Made by a program: the position numbers and the translations under genes. A DNA stretch of 64,000 nt from Azolla caroliniana (taxonomy: Eukaryota > Plantae > Polypodiophyta). Every line of letters starts with the position of its first letter. Position 1 is the stretch's first letter. The notes under the pieces are model-generated. The model was given only the letters and a program-made list of their open reading frames with translations. It did not search any database and had not been told where the DNA came from. Positions 37,177 through 50,545 of this stretch are shown here, in pieces. The stretch covers positions 21,514,001-21,578,000 of the forward strand of contig JBHGNT010000005.1 in assembly GCA_043228905.1 (NCBI GenBank). Reading direction: 5' to 3'.

Positions 37177-37263
37177 ACAATGCAAACCTCGTCTTCTTTA
37201 TTGCTTCATACTCCCTAGTCCAAGACCCCCGTGGTCCCGCCACACGTGCGAAACTTCACGACA
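37131..37263 (+). mobile_element. 3' end of an LTR related to gypsy A
   Basis: (CT)n...GTCCAAGACCC..GTGGTCCCGCC...CACGACA resembles 10811-10907 and is followed by ACGG. Confidence 0.65.
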
Positions 37264-38668
37264 ACGGTTTCCAACAGTACTTTCCAAAGGTATTTTGGAT
37301 CGTATACATAAATTCTCGCTTGGTAAATGGACACTGAAATCCAATCATAAGGCTTTATGTATTGACCTCAAATGTATGCATAGGTTTGATTGTAAAAAGG
37401 ACTTTGAAGATAATAAACAACCACACTTGAGCATGAACCTTAAGCGAGCACCCATGTATTCCAAGATAGTTAAGGATATGTTAGAAAGGACAAAAATACA
37501 ACATGGTACCACACTAGAATGCAAATGGGAAGCTTTTAAGAAAGTCATTCCCTCATGCACAACCAAATGTTTTTCGACCAATGACACATCTTGCAAATGC
37601 ACCAAGAAATGGAGTTCAAAGAAAAAATGGTTTGATAAAGAATGTCATGAAGCTCGAAATGCCTTATGATTTTGGATGTAGTTATGGATAATGAAAATTA
37701 TGAAAAGCATATGCATGAGTACAAAAGGCTTATCTAAAGAAAGAGAAGAATATGATAAGTTGCTCAACAATGTCTCCAAATGCAAGAGAAAGCACATACA
37801 TGTGCTAAATTCTGGGGAAATGTAAAGGGGAAACGTGTTGAAAGTTATGGTGACTTAACTATTCTTGACTTCTCTATGCATTGTAAGAATTTATATGAGC
37901 TATCTCTTGCCTAAAAGATGATGTGTTATGGTTCTCTTTCACATATAACTCCCTTCTTTACAATTGAAGATATATGCATAGGGCTTAAGAAATTGGCCTC
38001 AAAAAGGCAAGCGATCTTCAATGTATAAAGGTTGAAATGCTCAAATGGACGGCAAAGGAGGCACTTGCATGGATAAGAGATATGTTTAATCATGCATTAC
38101 AACATAATATGTCATACGATTGGACTACAAATTAGATCAAACCTTTACATAAACTTGGCGGAGATGTAAAAAATGTAAATAACTATAGAACCATCATGGT
38201 TGGCTTGTTAATGGCAAAACTATTTGGTGTATAATGGAATCAAAGATAAGTGCATGGGCTGAAAAAAAATGGAAAGAGAGCTTACATGGACAAATTGGCT
38301 TTCGAAAACACCATAACACCATTGATCACATTGTCACCCTTCAAGTATTAATGTAAGAAAGCCGCCTTAGAAGTAAAGGTTTATATTGTTGCTTTAGAAA
38401 CTTCAAGAAAGTTTTTGATATGGTACCTCTTGAGCATCTTTGGAGGTGAATGGAAGAACTTGAGGTGTCAAGTGAATATCTGTGTTAAGATATCAAGCTG
38501 AACTAGGTTTAGTTATTTAGTCAACCATGTAACTTAGTAGTTACATAGCTAGAATCTAGTTAGAAGTGTTGACTATATAACGCCTTAAATAGAACCTTGT
38601 ACTTAAGTGGGATATTCTAGATCCTCCACTCCCAAGTACATTTAATATAGGACTTACAGCTTTATACC

Positions 38669-41600
38669 TGTGCGGAAATAACGCTTGGCCACAACCGAGT
38701 CTTAAACAACGAATGTAAGATTAAAACAGAAATGAAGATTGAAGGAATTACTCAAGAGAGACGACGCAAGATGTTTACGTGGAAAACACTAACGGGAAAA
38801 AACTACGGGAGCCCACAAGCTCCAACTATCATTATATGCGACAAAAGAATACAGTGAGAGACTCATAGGCACCGACCTCGAGCTCTATGTCTTCGCCAAC
38901 GGGTGGTCACAACATAAAACTAGTTCTATATATATATATGTATGTATGTATGTATATCTCACTCTTTGTGTCCATCGATGATGCCACTAGCAACAACTAA
39001 TACACCATCATCATAATAAAGTGATTGCCCTAAGTCATATTTATACTTATATGACTTTTGGGCTATTTACAAATATAGCCTCAATAGGCTCACCATGAAA
39101 CATATTTACATGTCATATGTCCTTGGATCCGGTTTGCGACTGAATCCATCCGGATTCACTCGATCCGGTTTCCCGGTCTCGTCCGGAACCGTTCCGGATC
39201 CGGTTACTTCATCCGGCTTGTCCGGTTCTCATCCGGATCCCATCCGGAGGGACCGAATTCCCAACAAAATCCCCCTTCACTCCAGCATGGGATTTCTCAT
39301 TAATCCGATCCATCTTCAACACACATCCAACTTGTCGGTTGAAATCACCTTGGTTAGCATATCCGATCCGTTCTCCTTTGTGTGGATCTTCGTCACTACG
39401 AAGTCTTGATCTTCTACTCTCTCCCGGATCCAATGATACCTCCATTGGATGTGCTTCGTCCGGGAATGATAGGCCGCATTCTTCACAAGGTGGATGACAC
39501 TTTGACTGTTGCAGTAGAGCCCGAATTCCTCCTGTCGAATCCCTAGCTCTCTGATGAAGTCCGTCATCCAGATTATTTCCTTGCCAGCCTCCACAATTGC
39601 CATGTACTTCGCTTTCGTTGTCGACAGTGCAACGTATTTCTGCAGTCTCAACAACCACGATATGGCTCCCCCTACATAGGTCATGACATATTTGGATGTA
39701 GACTGGCTGGTATCTACATCAGCCGACATATCTGAATCCGTGAATACGTCAAGTTGGGGTTTACCGGAGCCAAACCAGAGGCACATACTCGAGGTGCCTT
39801 TCAAATACCGGAGTATCCACTTGACCGCATTCCAATGCTCTCTTCCCAGATTGCTCATGAACCGGTTGACTACTTTGACAACATATGCAATATCCGGCCG
39901 AGTGCACACCTTTGCGTACATTAAGCTTCTAACGGTAGAGGCATATGGTATCTTCATCATATCTGACTTCTCTGCCTTTGTCTTCGGGATCTACTTTCCA
40001 GACAACTTGCAATTTGCCGGAAGTGTCGATCCGACCAGTTCTGCCTCCGACATGTTGAACCTTTGAAACACCTTTGTCACGTACTTCTCCGATGACAGCC
40101 ACAACACCTTCTTCGACCGGTCCCGGATGATATGCATCCCCAAAATCTGTCTTGGCAGACCCAAATCTTTCATTGAGAAGGTCCGGTTGAGAGCCTTCAT
40201 CAGCATTCAGATATTGATTTGGTCTCGTCTGACAATCAACATGTCATCCACATATAGCAGGAGTATAGGAAGTCACCTCCGTCAAATTTCTTCACAAACA
40301 CGCAGTGGTCAGCTTGTGTCTTGTGGTACCCTTGGTCGGTCATGAAGGAGTTGAACTTCCGGTACCATTGTCGGGGAGCTTGCTTCAGTCCGTATAAGCT
40401 CTTCTTCAACCGGAACACCAGGTGCTCCTTCCCTTTCTTCATGAATCCTTCCGGTCGCTGCATGTAGATCTCCTCTTCGAGGTCACCATGGAGAAACGCT
40501 GTCTTGACTTCTAGTTTCTCTACCTAGAGGTCCATGCTTGCCGCTGACGATCAACATGTCGTCCACATATAGCAAGAGTACCAGGAAGTCACCTTCGTCA
40601 AATTTCTTCACGAACACGCAGTGGTTAGCTTGCGTCTTGTGGTACCCTTGGTCGGTCATGAAGGAGTTAAACTTCCGGTACCATTGCCAGGGAGCTTGCT
40701 TCAGTTCGTATAAGCTCTTCTTCAACCGGCACACCAGGTGCTCCTTCCCTTTCTTCACGAATCCTTCTAGTTGCTGCATGTAAATCTCCTCTTCGAGGTC
40801 ACCATGGAGAAACGCCATCTTGACGTCTAGTTGCTCTACCTCGAGGTCCATGCTTGCCGCTATGCTCAGTACCGTCTGGATGGATGTCATCTTTACAACC
40901 AGAGCAAAGATCTCATCGAAATCCACACATTTCTTCTGCTGGAACCCCTTTGCCACGATCTAGGCTTTGTACCTTGGTGGATTTCCGACCTCTCCCGGTT
41001 TCAGCTTATACACTCACTTGTTTCAAAGTGCCCTCTTTCCTTTCGGCAACTCCGTCAGTTCGTATGTGTGGTTCTCATGCAGGGAATCCATCTCATCTTG
41101 CATGGCACTTAACCACTTGCGGTTGTGGGTGTCTTTCTTTGCTTCCTTGAAGCTTTCCGGCTCCCCCTTATCGGTCAGCAATACGTGCTCTGCATCCGAA
41201 AATCTCCGGAGGGCTCTTCTCTCTCTGAGAGGATATCTTCATCCTTGGTTTTCAGCAACCGGTTCCTTCGTCTGTTCTTCATCCGAATCCGATTCGGGAT
41301 CTTGTTCGGTTCTGGTGTCTTCTTCTTCTTCTTCTTCTTCGGTCGGCTCGGTTTCTTGTCCGAATCCGACCGGTTCGTTGAGTGTCATTCGGGTTCCGGT
41401 CGGATGAGTCCTTGTATCTTTCGACCGATCTCTGTCGATCACTCCGGAGTCCGTTATCTTTTTCTCAGACTCCCAGTTAGCAATAGTCTTGTGTTCCATG
41501 AAGACTATGTCTCGACTCTGGAATACCTTCTTGTCAACCAAGTCCCACACTTGGTATCCGAACTCATCATCGCCGTATCCAAGGAATATGCATGGCCGGG

Positions 41601-44309
41601 ACTTCGGGTCCAACTTTTCTCTCTTGTCCTTTGCAACATGCACATATGCGAGACAACCGAACACCTTCAGATGCCGGTAAGACACGTCTTTACTGGACCA
41701 TACTCTCTGTGGTGTGTCTCCTTCCAAGGGTGCCGAGGGTGATCTGTTAATCACGTACGTCACCGTCATCAGCGCCTCAACCCAAAAGGTCTTGGGTAAC
41801 TTTGCATGTGCTAGCATGCTTCAGACTCTCTCCATTATGGTCCGGTTCATCCGTTCGGCCAGCCCATTCAATTCCGGCGTCTTCGGCACGGTGAATTCGA
41901 GCCGGATTTCCTTCGACCGGCAATACTCCTCAAATTGCCCCCGGTATTCTCCTCCGTTATCTGCTCGAACCGCCTACAGATTCCAGTCGGTTTCCCTTTC
42001 CACTATCATGTGGAGTTCCTTGAAGATGGACAACAGCTGATCCTTCGTCCTCAACGGTAAGACCCACAACTTCCGGTTGTGGTCGTCTATGAACGTCATG
42101 AAGTACTGTGATTTGGCATGTGACTTCGTGTCGACTTAAAACACATCGGTATGCACTAGCTCCAGTGGTGCATTCCGTCTCATCGGTGGTCTTGACCGGA
42201 AGGAGGTTTGGTTTTGCTTGCCGGCCAAGCAATTAGTGCACTTCTCAAGATGCACGTCTTTCACCTCCAGGATGAGGTTATCTTCAGCAAGTCTTCTCAT
42301 CCCCTTCTAGCTCATATGACACAGTCTCTTGTGCCACAATTCATCGGCATTGTCAGATGCTACATTCACTTCCTCCCGGCATATCCGGGCATGCATCAAG
42401 TACAATGTGTTGATCTTCTAGGCTCGAGCCACGATCATGCTTCCTTTGCTGAATTTTAGGACTTCGAACCGGAAGCTACCCATGTAGCCTTCATCATCTA
42501 GCTGAGTGGCTGATATCAGGTTCAACCGAACCTCCGGAATGTGTCGGACATCCTTTAGCAGTAACATGCATTCGGTTGATGTCGTCAACAACACATCTCC
42601 TATGCCAACAATTCGGCATCTACCTTCATTCCCCATCCGGACACAGTCGCGATCTCCGGTTGTGTAGGATGAGAAGCATTTCCGGTCCGGTGTCAGGTGG
42701 AACGATGCTCCGGAATTGACAACCAACGTTGTCTCATCGCCAACAAGGTTTAACTCATTCTCCTTGGTGATGAGCAACAGTTCTTCTTCACTTGTCGTGA
42801 TTGCCGACGTTCCTTTCCGATTCGAACTCCTCCGATCCGGACCCTTCTTTGAGTCGGCATTGTCGGCTCCTTTTTCCTTCCGGAAATCCCGACAGTTCTT
42901 TTGGAAGTGCCCCAGCTTCCCACAATAGAACCAAGTAGGCCTCCCCCTTGACTTTGACCTTGTCCCCGATTTGACCCGGTTTTGGCGACTCTGATTTGGG
43001 CCTCTTCCTCGGTTATGGTCATCTTCCGTGACCAAGGCCTTCGGTTCAATTCTGGACTCCCGGTCCTTCCGGCGAGCTTCTTCATCTAGCAAACTTGATT
43101 TTATTGCTAGGGACAACTACTTTCCTTTCAGGCCGACATTGCCCAAAGTGACAACTAGCGTCTCCTAACTATCTGGGAGGGAACCGAGTGAGGACAATGC
43201 AAGTACCTCGTCAGCAAGAGGTACTTCAAGCAAAGTTGTTTGATTTATGAGCCCTTGAAATACATTCATGTGCCCCATCATGTTGGATCCGTCTTGGTAC
43301 CGGAGTCTCACTAACTTCCAGAATACCGAAATCCAATTTACGATGTTTTTACTCTCCAGCATGGTACCGATTTTTTCCTAGGGCACATGCATCTTACTTT
43401 CTTCATTGAAGTTGTTGTACATGCTTATGTCGATGAAGCACCAAATGTATGTTGTAGTCTTCATGTGCATCACCTCCCATGTCGTAGTGTTGATCTTGTC
43501 TGGTTTCTTGTCCCAAAACTGTACCGGCAGCTAGAGATCTTTGACCATGAGCATGTCCCTCATCTTCGACTTCTACACTGGGTAGTTGGAGCCGGTGAGC
43601 TTGAACATGCTTCCGAATGACTCTTCTATTTCTTGTTCCTCAGATTCCAGTATGTGCAGAAATAACGCTCGGCCACAACCGAGTCTTAAACAACGAATGC
43701 AAGATTAAAACAGAAATGAAGATTGGAGCACTTACACATAAGAGACGAAGCGAGATGTTTATGTAGAAATCCCTAACGGGAAAAAACCACGGGATCCCAC
43801 AAGCTCCAACTATCACTATATGAGACAAAAGAATACAGTGAGAGACTCAGAGGCACTGACCTCGAGCTCTATGTCTTCACCAACCGACGGTTACAACAGA
43901 AAACTAGTTATGTATCCTCTCTCACACACACACACACTCTCTGTGTATAGCTATGATGCCACTAGCAACAACTACTACACCATCATCATAATAAAGTGAT
44001 TCCCTAAGTCATATTTATACTTATATGACTTTTGGGCTATTTACAAATATAGTCTCAATAGGCTCACCATGAAACATATTTACACATATGTCCTTGGATC
44101 CGGTTTGCGCCGGATCCATCCGGATTCACTCGATCCGGTTTCCGGGTCTCATCCAGAACCCTTCCAGATCCGGTTTGCGCCGGATCCATCCGGATTCACT
44201 CGATCCGGTTTCCGGGTCTCATCCAGAACCCTTCCAGATCCGGTTCCTTCATTCGGCTCGTCTGATCCGGCTTGTCCAGTTCTCATCCGGAGGGACCGAA
44301 TTCCCAACA
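38669..44309 (-). mobile_element. Full-length Ty1/copia LTR retrotransposon B
   Basis: LTRs 38669-39266 and 43653-44309 with perfect TSD ATACC. PPT GTGAAGGGGGATTT on minus at 39267-39280. Degenerate Met-type PBS TGGAATCTGAGG on minus at about 43638-43649. Confidence 0.92.
39316..43629 (-). pseudogene. Copia B gag-pol polyprotein, disrupted, with an internal RT duplication
   Basis: MFKLTGSNY, (C)FYCGKLGHFQKNC, VVNSGASFH, HLKVFGCLAYVHV, LLLYVDDML, YHSRTKHI. Stops and frameshifts. Confidence 0.9.
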
Positions 44310-44970
44310 ATACCTATATTTCCCTCACACATGTGCACCCTTGCAAATGAAACGTATATATACCTCATTGTAGGTATTTTTGTAACTTGATGATGCTAAT
44401 TTAATATAGAGAAAAGTCTCTTGTTACACTCTTCCTAATCATCCCCCATTTATTTTATTGTTCATAACTGTTCTTTCTCTCTTCCTCTCATACTCACATA
44501 TGACATAATCTTTGCTGCTTAATCACATAATTAGGTACTAATTAACCCTTAATTAATTACCTCATTCTTAACAATATGCTTGCAATTTCCTGAATATATG
44601 AGAAGGTTATATGGTGTGTGCATATAAGCGATAGATTTTCAAATTTTTTTAAATAGCATTATTGGTGTTAAGCAAGGATGCCCACTCTCACCAGCTCTAT
44701 TTGGTCTCTTCATGGATGAATTGGAACAAATGGTTGCCAAGTTTGTAAAGGAAGAAGGTGTTGAAGAAGTTGCCATTAGGAATGTTGTCATTATGCTTTT
44801 GCTATATGCGGATGATGTAGTGCTTTTTGCAAATACTTTAAGAGATGCACAAAAGCTTATGAAGGCCTTGGAAAAAATTTACTACTCACTTTGACATGTA
44901 TCATGTGAATTGTAATATTTTTAGTCCTAGAGGCCATTATATTTGACCTTCAAAGACAATTATAATGTAG

Positions 44971-47351
44971 GAAAAAATGGTTTGATAAAGAATATCATGA
45001 AGCTCGAAAGTGCCTTATGGTTTTGGATGTAGTTAAGGATAAAGCAAATTACGAAAAACATTTGCATGAGTATAAAAGGCTTATTCAAAGAAAGAGACGA
45101 ATATGGGAAGTTACTTAACAACTTCTCCAAACACAAGAAAAAGCACATGCATGTGCTAAATTTTGGGGAAATCTAAAGGGGAAACGTGTTGAGAGTTATG
45201 GTGACTTAACTCTTCATGACTTGTCTATGCATTGTAAAAATTTATATGAGTTATCTCTTGTCGGAAAGATGATGTGTTATGGTTCTCTTTCACATATGTC
45301 TCCCTTCTTTACAATTGAAGATATTTGCATAGGACTTAAGAAATTGGCCTCTCGAAAGGCAAGTGATCTTCAATGTATAAAGGCTTAAATGCTCAAATGG
45401 ACGGAAAAAGGAGCACATGTATGGATATGCAATATGTTTAATGATGCATTGCAACATGGTATGTTATATGATTGGACTACAAATTGGATCAAACCTTAAA
45501 TAAAGGTGGAGATGTAAATAATGTAAACAACTATCGAACCATCCTGGTTGGCTCATTAATGGCAAAACTATTTGGATGTATAATGGAATCAAAGATAAGT
45601 GTATGGGTAGAAAAAAATGGTAAGAGAGCTGATGGACAAGCTGGCTTTCGAAAACACCATATCACCATTGATCATCTTGTCACCCTTCGAGTATTAATGG
45701 AGGAAAGTCGCTTTAAAGGTAAAGGTTTATATTGTTGCTTTGTAGACTTCAAGAAAGCTTTTGATATGGTACCTCGTGTGTATATTTGGAGGCGAATGGA
45801 AGAACTTGAGGTGCCAAGTGAATATATGCTTGCAATTTCCCGAATATATGTTGTGTGCGTATGACAGATAGACTTTCAGATTTTTTCAATAGCACTATTG
45901 GTGTTAAGCAAGGATGCCCACTCTCACCAACATTATTTGGTCTATGCATTGATGAGTTGGAAGAAATGGTTACCAAATTTGTAAATGAAGAATGTGTTGA
46001 AGAAGTTGCCATTGGGAATGTTGTGATTATGCTTTTGTTATATGTAAATGATGTAGTACTTTTTGTAAATACTTTAGGAGATGCACAAAAGCTTATGAAG
46101 GCATTGGAAAAAAATTGCATGCATACTAAATTAAGTGTCAATAGCTCTAAAACAAAGATTATGCATGTAAAGAGCCAAAAAAGAGATAAAGAATGCATTA
46201 TGTACAACAATGAGCCACTTGAATGTGTGGAAAGCTTCAAATATCTTGGCCTCGAAGTTCCTTCAAATCATAGATGGAATGAATGTGTTACACGCCGCTT
46301 AGAGGCGGGTAAGCGAGCATATTATGCATTTGAGAACACATGCAATCTTGGAGATATTAAGTGTTGGGTCCTCAAGAAATATCTTTTCGACACTTTGGTG
46401 ACCCCGGTTTCTTCTCTATGGGGTGGAAGTATGGGGTGATAGCATCCCTAAATCTATGTGGAAAGAGTTTGAAAATGTCCAAAAACATTTTCTTACAAAG
46501 TTTCAACAAGTTAAGAAACAGACACCCTACACCCTCCTCCTTAAGACAGGATCGCTTCCCATTGAGATCATGGCTATGGAAAGGGTTGTTAAATACATGC
46601 ATAAGGTTCAAAAAAGCCCCTCACATTGACTTCCTCAAATCGCATGGGAAGCAAGCAAAAAGATCCAAAAGACGCATAAAAGCAAAATTTTGTGTTCCGA
46701 TTGGATGCAAGATTTAGAAAAATGATTTGGTAGATGAAATGCAAGACACTTTCTTTATGATGCATCACTAGATTCCTCTGTAAATGAGGCCTTTTTGCAA
46801 CGCCAATGTATCATGATGTGGGAAAATTGTGGAGGCTCACCCTTCACACATTATACTACAAATGTTGCACCTAACTACAACACCATATTCTTCGCGGAAC
46901 GGGGAAGCCATACACATCGATACATGCCCATCTCGATATCTGTCATTCGAACCATTGCTTCCATGCGACTTAGCTCGCATGCATTGCGATGTGAGACTGG
47001 GCGTTGGGGCACAAGTGATGAGAGTGGCCGGCTATGCACACTTTGCCCTAAACAAGTTTGAGAGTCTAAGTATCACACTTTGATACAATGCTCTACCTTT
47101 TATCATATTTCACTATGCTTTCCACATCTCTTTGACCAAGCCCAATCCTTACACGAATTTCTCTCACAACCACGATGTGCAATCTCAATAGCAACATTCA
47201 TTGGTAAAGTTCTTGAACATCGAGAGTCGCAACTCACTTTCACACGCATCACATGAAATGTAATATTTCTGGTCTCATAGGTCATATTTGACCTCAGAAG
47301 ACGATAATATAATCTATCTATCTATCTATCTATCTCTCTATCTATCTATCT
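44971..47351 (+). mobile_element. 5'-truncated RTE-like LINE with intact 3' end and (ATCT)n tail
   Basis: RT motifs QAGFRKHH, CFVDFKKAFDMV, GVKQGCPLSPTLF, FKYLG; C-terminal RLSSH.LRCETGRW...CTLC; TCTA tandem tail at 47311-47351. Confidence 0.85.
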
Positions 47352-48390
47352 GCTACCACCTCACTTATTTCCTTTCATCATCATTCTCTCTCACTCGTTG
47401 CACCCACTACTTATGTTGTCTATCCCTTTCATCATCAATCCTTCTTTTGCTCTTTCTACTACTATCTTGTCTCAGTTCTCACATTACAACTTCTCACCTG
47501 GTGTTTAGAATCAATTCCCGTGACAAAACCCGCTGCGGTACAAATTTCTTGATGCAATAACTCGAGGACTCATCTTTTTGCTAATTGTGTAACTTTGCAC
47601 TCCGAACTCAGAATCATAAATTCAAAATTCCAACATGATCCTTGTTAATGCGTACTATTAGATAATAGATTACAAAATTTAATTTTATATGGATATCAAA
47701 AAGTAGAATATATCAAAGATTGAAATGTTGATTTAGATATAAGCGAGATAATTCAACTCAATTACATAGAGTGGCTTAAGAGGTGAGCAGATAAAGTGGT
47801 TCCCGACTTTTTATTTGCGGGTAGAGCTTCGAAGAGATATCCTAGATTTGGTTAAGAAGACTAGCAAGATAACTTTGTTGTCTATTGTTGTTGGTGATCA
47901 TGAGAGCCCTCTTTATTTGCTACCACGAGCCCATTCGAGATTTTGACAATGCATTCACCTTGATCACAAATTTACACCACCCCCCATAATGAGGTCTCCT
48001 CCTCCTTTTATAGGCCTTTGGAGCACTTCATGCAGATAAAAATAGTAACTGTCTTTTTTAGCATGGACCTTTGTACAGTGCAACAGCTAACCTTGCAGCT
48101 AAAATGCTTGTTGCAAAGGCACTAACAAGTGCCAAAATTATTTGAATGTCAGAAATTGATGTCATTACCTTTGTTTTTTATCTCCCATTCCTTTCGTTAT
48201 AAGTCAATGAACAAGAAAATGTTTCATTCACCTAGGGTTGAGCCTTGATTCATTGTATCAGTCCTGGTTCACGATGGCTACATCGAGCCAACTACCCGTG
48301 GGTGTACCCGGAGCATTCCACTCCACCAATACTGGATTAAAAAAAGGAAGAATCTTTCTTATTTAAAAATAAGTTTTAGAGGTAGAAGAT

Positions 48391-48492
48391 ATGAATCTAG
48401 AAGTAATAGCACAACTTGCTATTCTGGCGTTAGTAGTTGCATCGGGACCACTAGTAATTGCTTTGTCAGCCGCCCGGAAGGGTAATTTATGA
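48391..48492 (+). pseudogene. ycf12: Photosystem II Psb30/Ycf12 (plastid-derived nuclear copy, intact ORF)
   Basis: [33 protein letters not shown], with an SD-like AGAGG upstream. Confidence 0.92.
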
Positions 48493-48635
48493 ATTAATTC
48501 CGGCAAATGAAAGGACTTCTCACTCGGGGCTGAGTAGCATAGTCCGTGGGGGACCCCTCAGAGAGTGATCGGGGGTCCCTCGAGCATAATTAGAATTAGA
48601 AAGAGGACCCGTATGTGTAATACAATTAGATTGTG

Positions 48636-49561
48636 GCGGGTATGGTTTAGTGGTAAAAGTGTGATTCGTCCTACTTTGGGCCGACTACTCAAAGGATCCT
48701 TCAAACCGGTTTTTTGGCTGAATTGGCTCAAGAAGCTTTTTTTCTATGAAGAACAAGTAAACTTCTCTAAAACAAAATATTATGGGTACAAAATTAGGTT
48801 ATTCCCGTTATTTCTGCTTGCGTAGCAAGGTCAATGAATAACGAAGCGGAACTTTTAAATTAAAATACCCGGAAGTCCAAAGTTTTTCTTAAAGAAGATG
48901 GGTAAACATGTATGGGTAGACGCTAAAAATGTTTGTTTCATCGTCACTGAACCTTGGAAAAAAAAACTCCGAGCTTGACAGTCCCAGAAAGAATAATCTT
49001 GGTTTATCAAGATTTTCTGGCTTTTTCCATTGAAGAAGCGATTGCTTCCATGACTCGGTAAAAAACATTGCCCTAAAGATTTCTGCTTTTCATAAAAAAA
49101 GAACGAAGTAACTGGAAGAAACAAAACCATGTTGCATAAGTGTATCTTAGTTGGGACTCATAAAAGGTAATAATCTTACCAGCGGGATCATCTAAGAAGT
49201 TTGTACTCTTGAAAAAAGATTAAACTGACATAGATACTATGGATACTTTTATTCGCAATAACCTTATAAAAAAAGAGGTTCATTGAATAAGAGAATTTTT
49301 TAAGTGGGGGGGATTCCAAAAAGTAACATGCTTTCGTTATCTCCACTTTCCTTATGAGACGAGGTGAGGAACCCCTGCTAGTTGGTAGAAAAAAGCATGC
49401 CATATGCTTTGACATCTACCTTAATTTTCCATAAAGGAGCTGAATGAATAGAGATTTTCACGTTCGGTTCTGAATTAGAGGTGTCATAAAAAGAAATTGG
49501 CATCGACTATAACCCTTAGCCTTCCAAGCTAATGATGCGGGTTCGATTCCCGCTATCCGCT
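48636..49561 (+). tRNA. trnG: trnG-UCC with group II intron (NUPT copy); exons 48636-48658 and 49514-49561
   Basis: GCGGGTATGGTTTAGTGGTAAAA | GTGTGATTCG...CTATAAC | CCTTAGCCTTCCAAGCTAATGATGCGGGTTCGATTCCCGCTATCCGCT. Confidence 0.92.
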
Positions 49562-49720
49562 AAAAATAGAACGCAGGGGTGAAAGGGTTATCGAAAACGA
49601 TCCTGCTTTTCTTTATTGTTTCTAAACCGTGTCGCGAACGAATAAAAACTCTTGTGTGTTCGCGATATGGTACTCTTGCTCTAGCTTCTTGATAGTTGAC
49701 TATCGACCAGATAGAAAAGT

Positions 49721-49792
49721 GCGTCCATCGTCTAATGGATAGGACAGAGGTCTTCTAAACCTTAAGTATAGGTTCGAATCCTATTGGATGTA
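49721..49792 (+). tRNA. trnR: trnR-UCU (NUPT copy)
   Basis: GCGTCCATCGTCTAATGGATAGGACAGAGGTCTTCTAAACC...GGTTCGAATCCTATTGGATGTA with TCT anticodon. Confidence 0.92.
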
Positions 49793-49905
49793 GTTGCCTT
49801 CCTTATCTTATAGGTATAGCCATGCGTGTGTGGAGAACGTGGCTGGAGAGCTGGAAATCTCCATGCTCTCCGCCCACTCACGCAAAAAAAAAAAAAAAAA
49901 GCTAG

Positions 49906-50545
49906 TTACTTTTCTTGCAGTAAAAATAGTTCTATTGACTCTTTAATTGCTTCTTTTGAGATAGTTTCTGCCTGTTCCGTAAACGTCTTGGTAGAACGAA
50001 TGATTTCGCCAAATTGAGGTTTATTGGTTGTTATATACTCACGTAGCTGAATCAAGAACCTTTTAACTTGTCCAACCTCTAATATTCCAAATATCCGTTA
50101 ACTCCCGTATAAATAGTAGCCACTTGCTCTTCTCCACTGACAATGGCGCTGATTGAGCTTGCTTAAGCAATTCACGTAACCGTTGACCTCTCGCTAACTG
50201 ATTCTGAGTAGCCTTATCAAGGTCAGAAGCAAATTGTGCAAAAGCCTCCAATTCCGCAAATTGTGCCAATTCCAATTTTGGTTTACCGGCTACCTGCTTC
50301 ATTGCTTTTGTTTGAGCTGCAGAGCCCACTTTAGAAACAGAAATTCCCACGTTGATTGCTGGTTGAATCCCAGCATTAAATAGATCTCCTGATAGAAATA
50401 TTTGTCCATCGGTAATAGAAATTACACTGGTGGGAATGTATGCCGAGACATCCCCCGCCTGGGTCTCCACGATGGGTAGAGCCGTCATACTACCTTCACC
50501 CAAATCAAGACTTAATTTAGCCGCTCTTTCCAAAAGACGAGAATG
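49906..50545 (-). pseudogene. atpA: 3' part of plastid ATP synthase CF1 alpha, frameshifted
   Basis: [11 protein letters not shown]...[22 protein letters not shown]...[32 protein letters not shown]. Frameshift near 50130; TAA at 49906-49908. Confidence 0.93.

Larger units (their letters stand above)
38483..44573. mobile_element. Solo LTR (about 445 bp; halves 38483-38668 and 44315-44573) split by copia B
   Basis: Termini TGTTAAGA...TCTTAACA with TSD ATCTG/ATATG in the LINE. Removing it restores GAATATATGCTTGCAATTTCC as in the LINE copy at about 45820. Confidence 0.75.
37264..44890 (+). mobile_element. RTE-like LINE, decayed, interrupted by a solo LTR and copia B (38483-44573)
   Basis: KKWFDKEC, NYRTIMVG, GFRKHH, FKKVFDMV before the insertion; GVKQGCPLSP.LF and LLYADD after it. 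Confidence 0.8.
48230..50545. other. Nuclear plastid DNA insertion (NUPT): ycf12-trnG(UCC)-trnR(UCU)-3' atpA
   Basis: Plastid gene order with a group II intron in trnG. Flanked by nuclear repeats, and atpA is 5'-truncated. The left boundary is approximate. Confidence 0.9.

Noticed and set aside
48230-50545. True plastid contig or functional atpA
   Set aside because: atpA is truncated and frameshifted, and the block is embedded in nuclear repeats.
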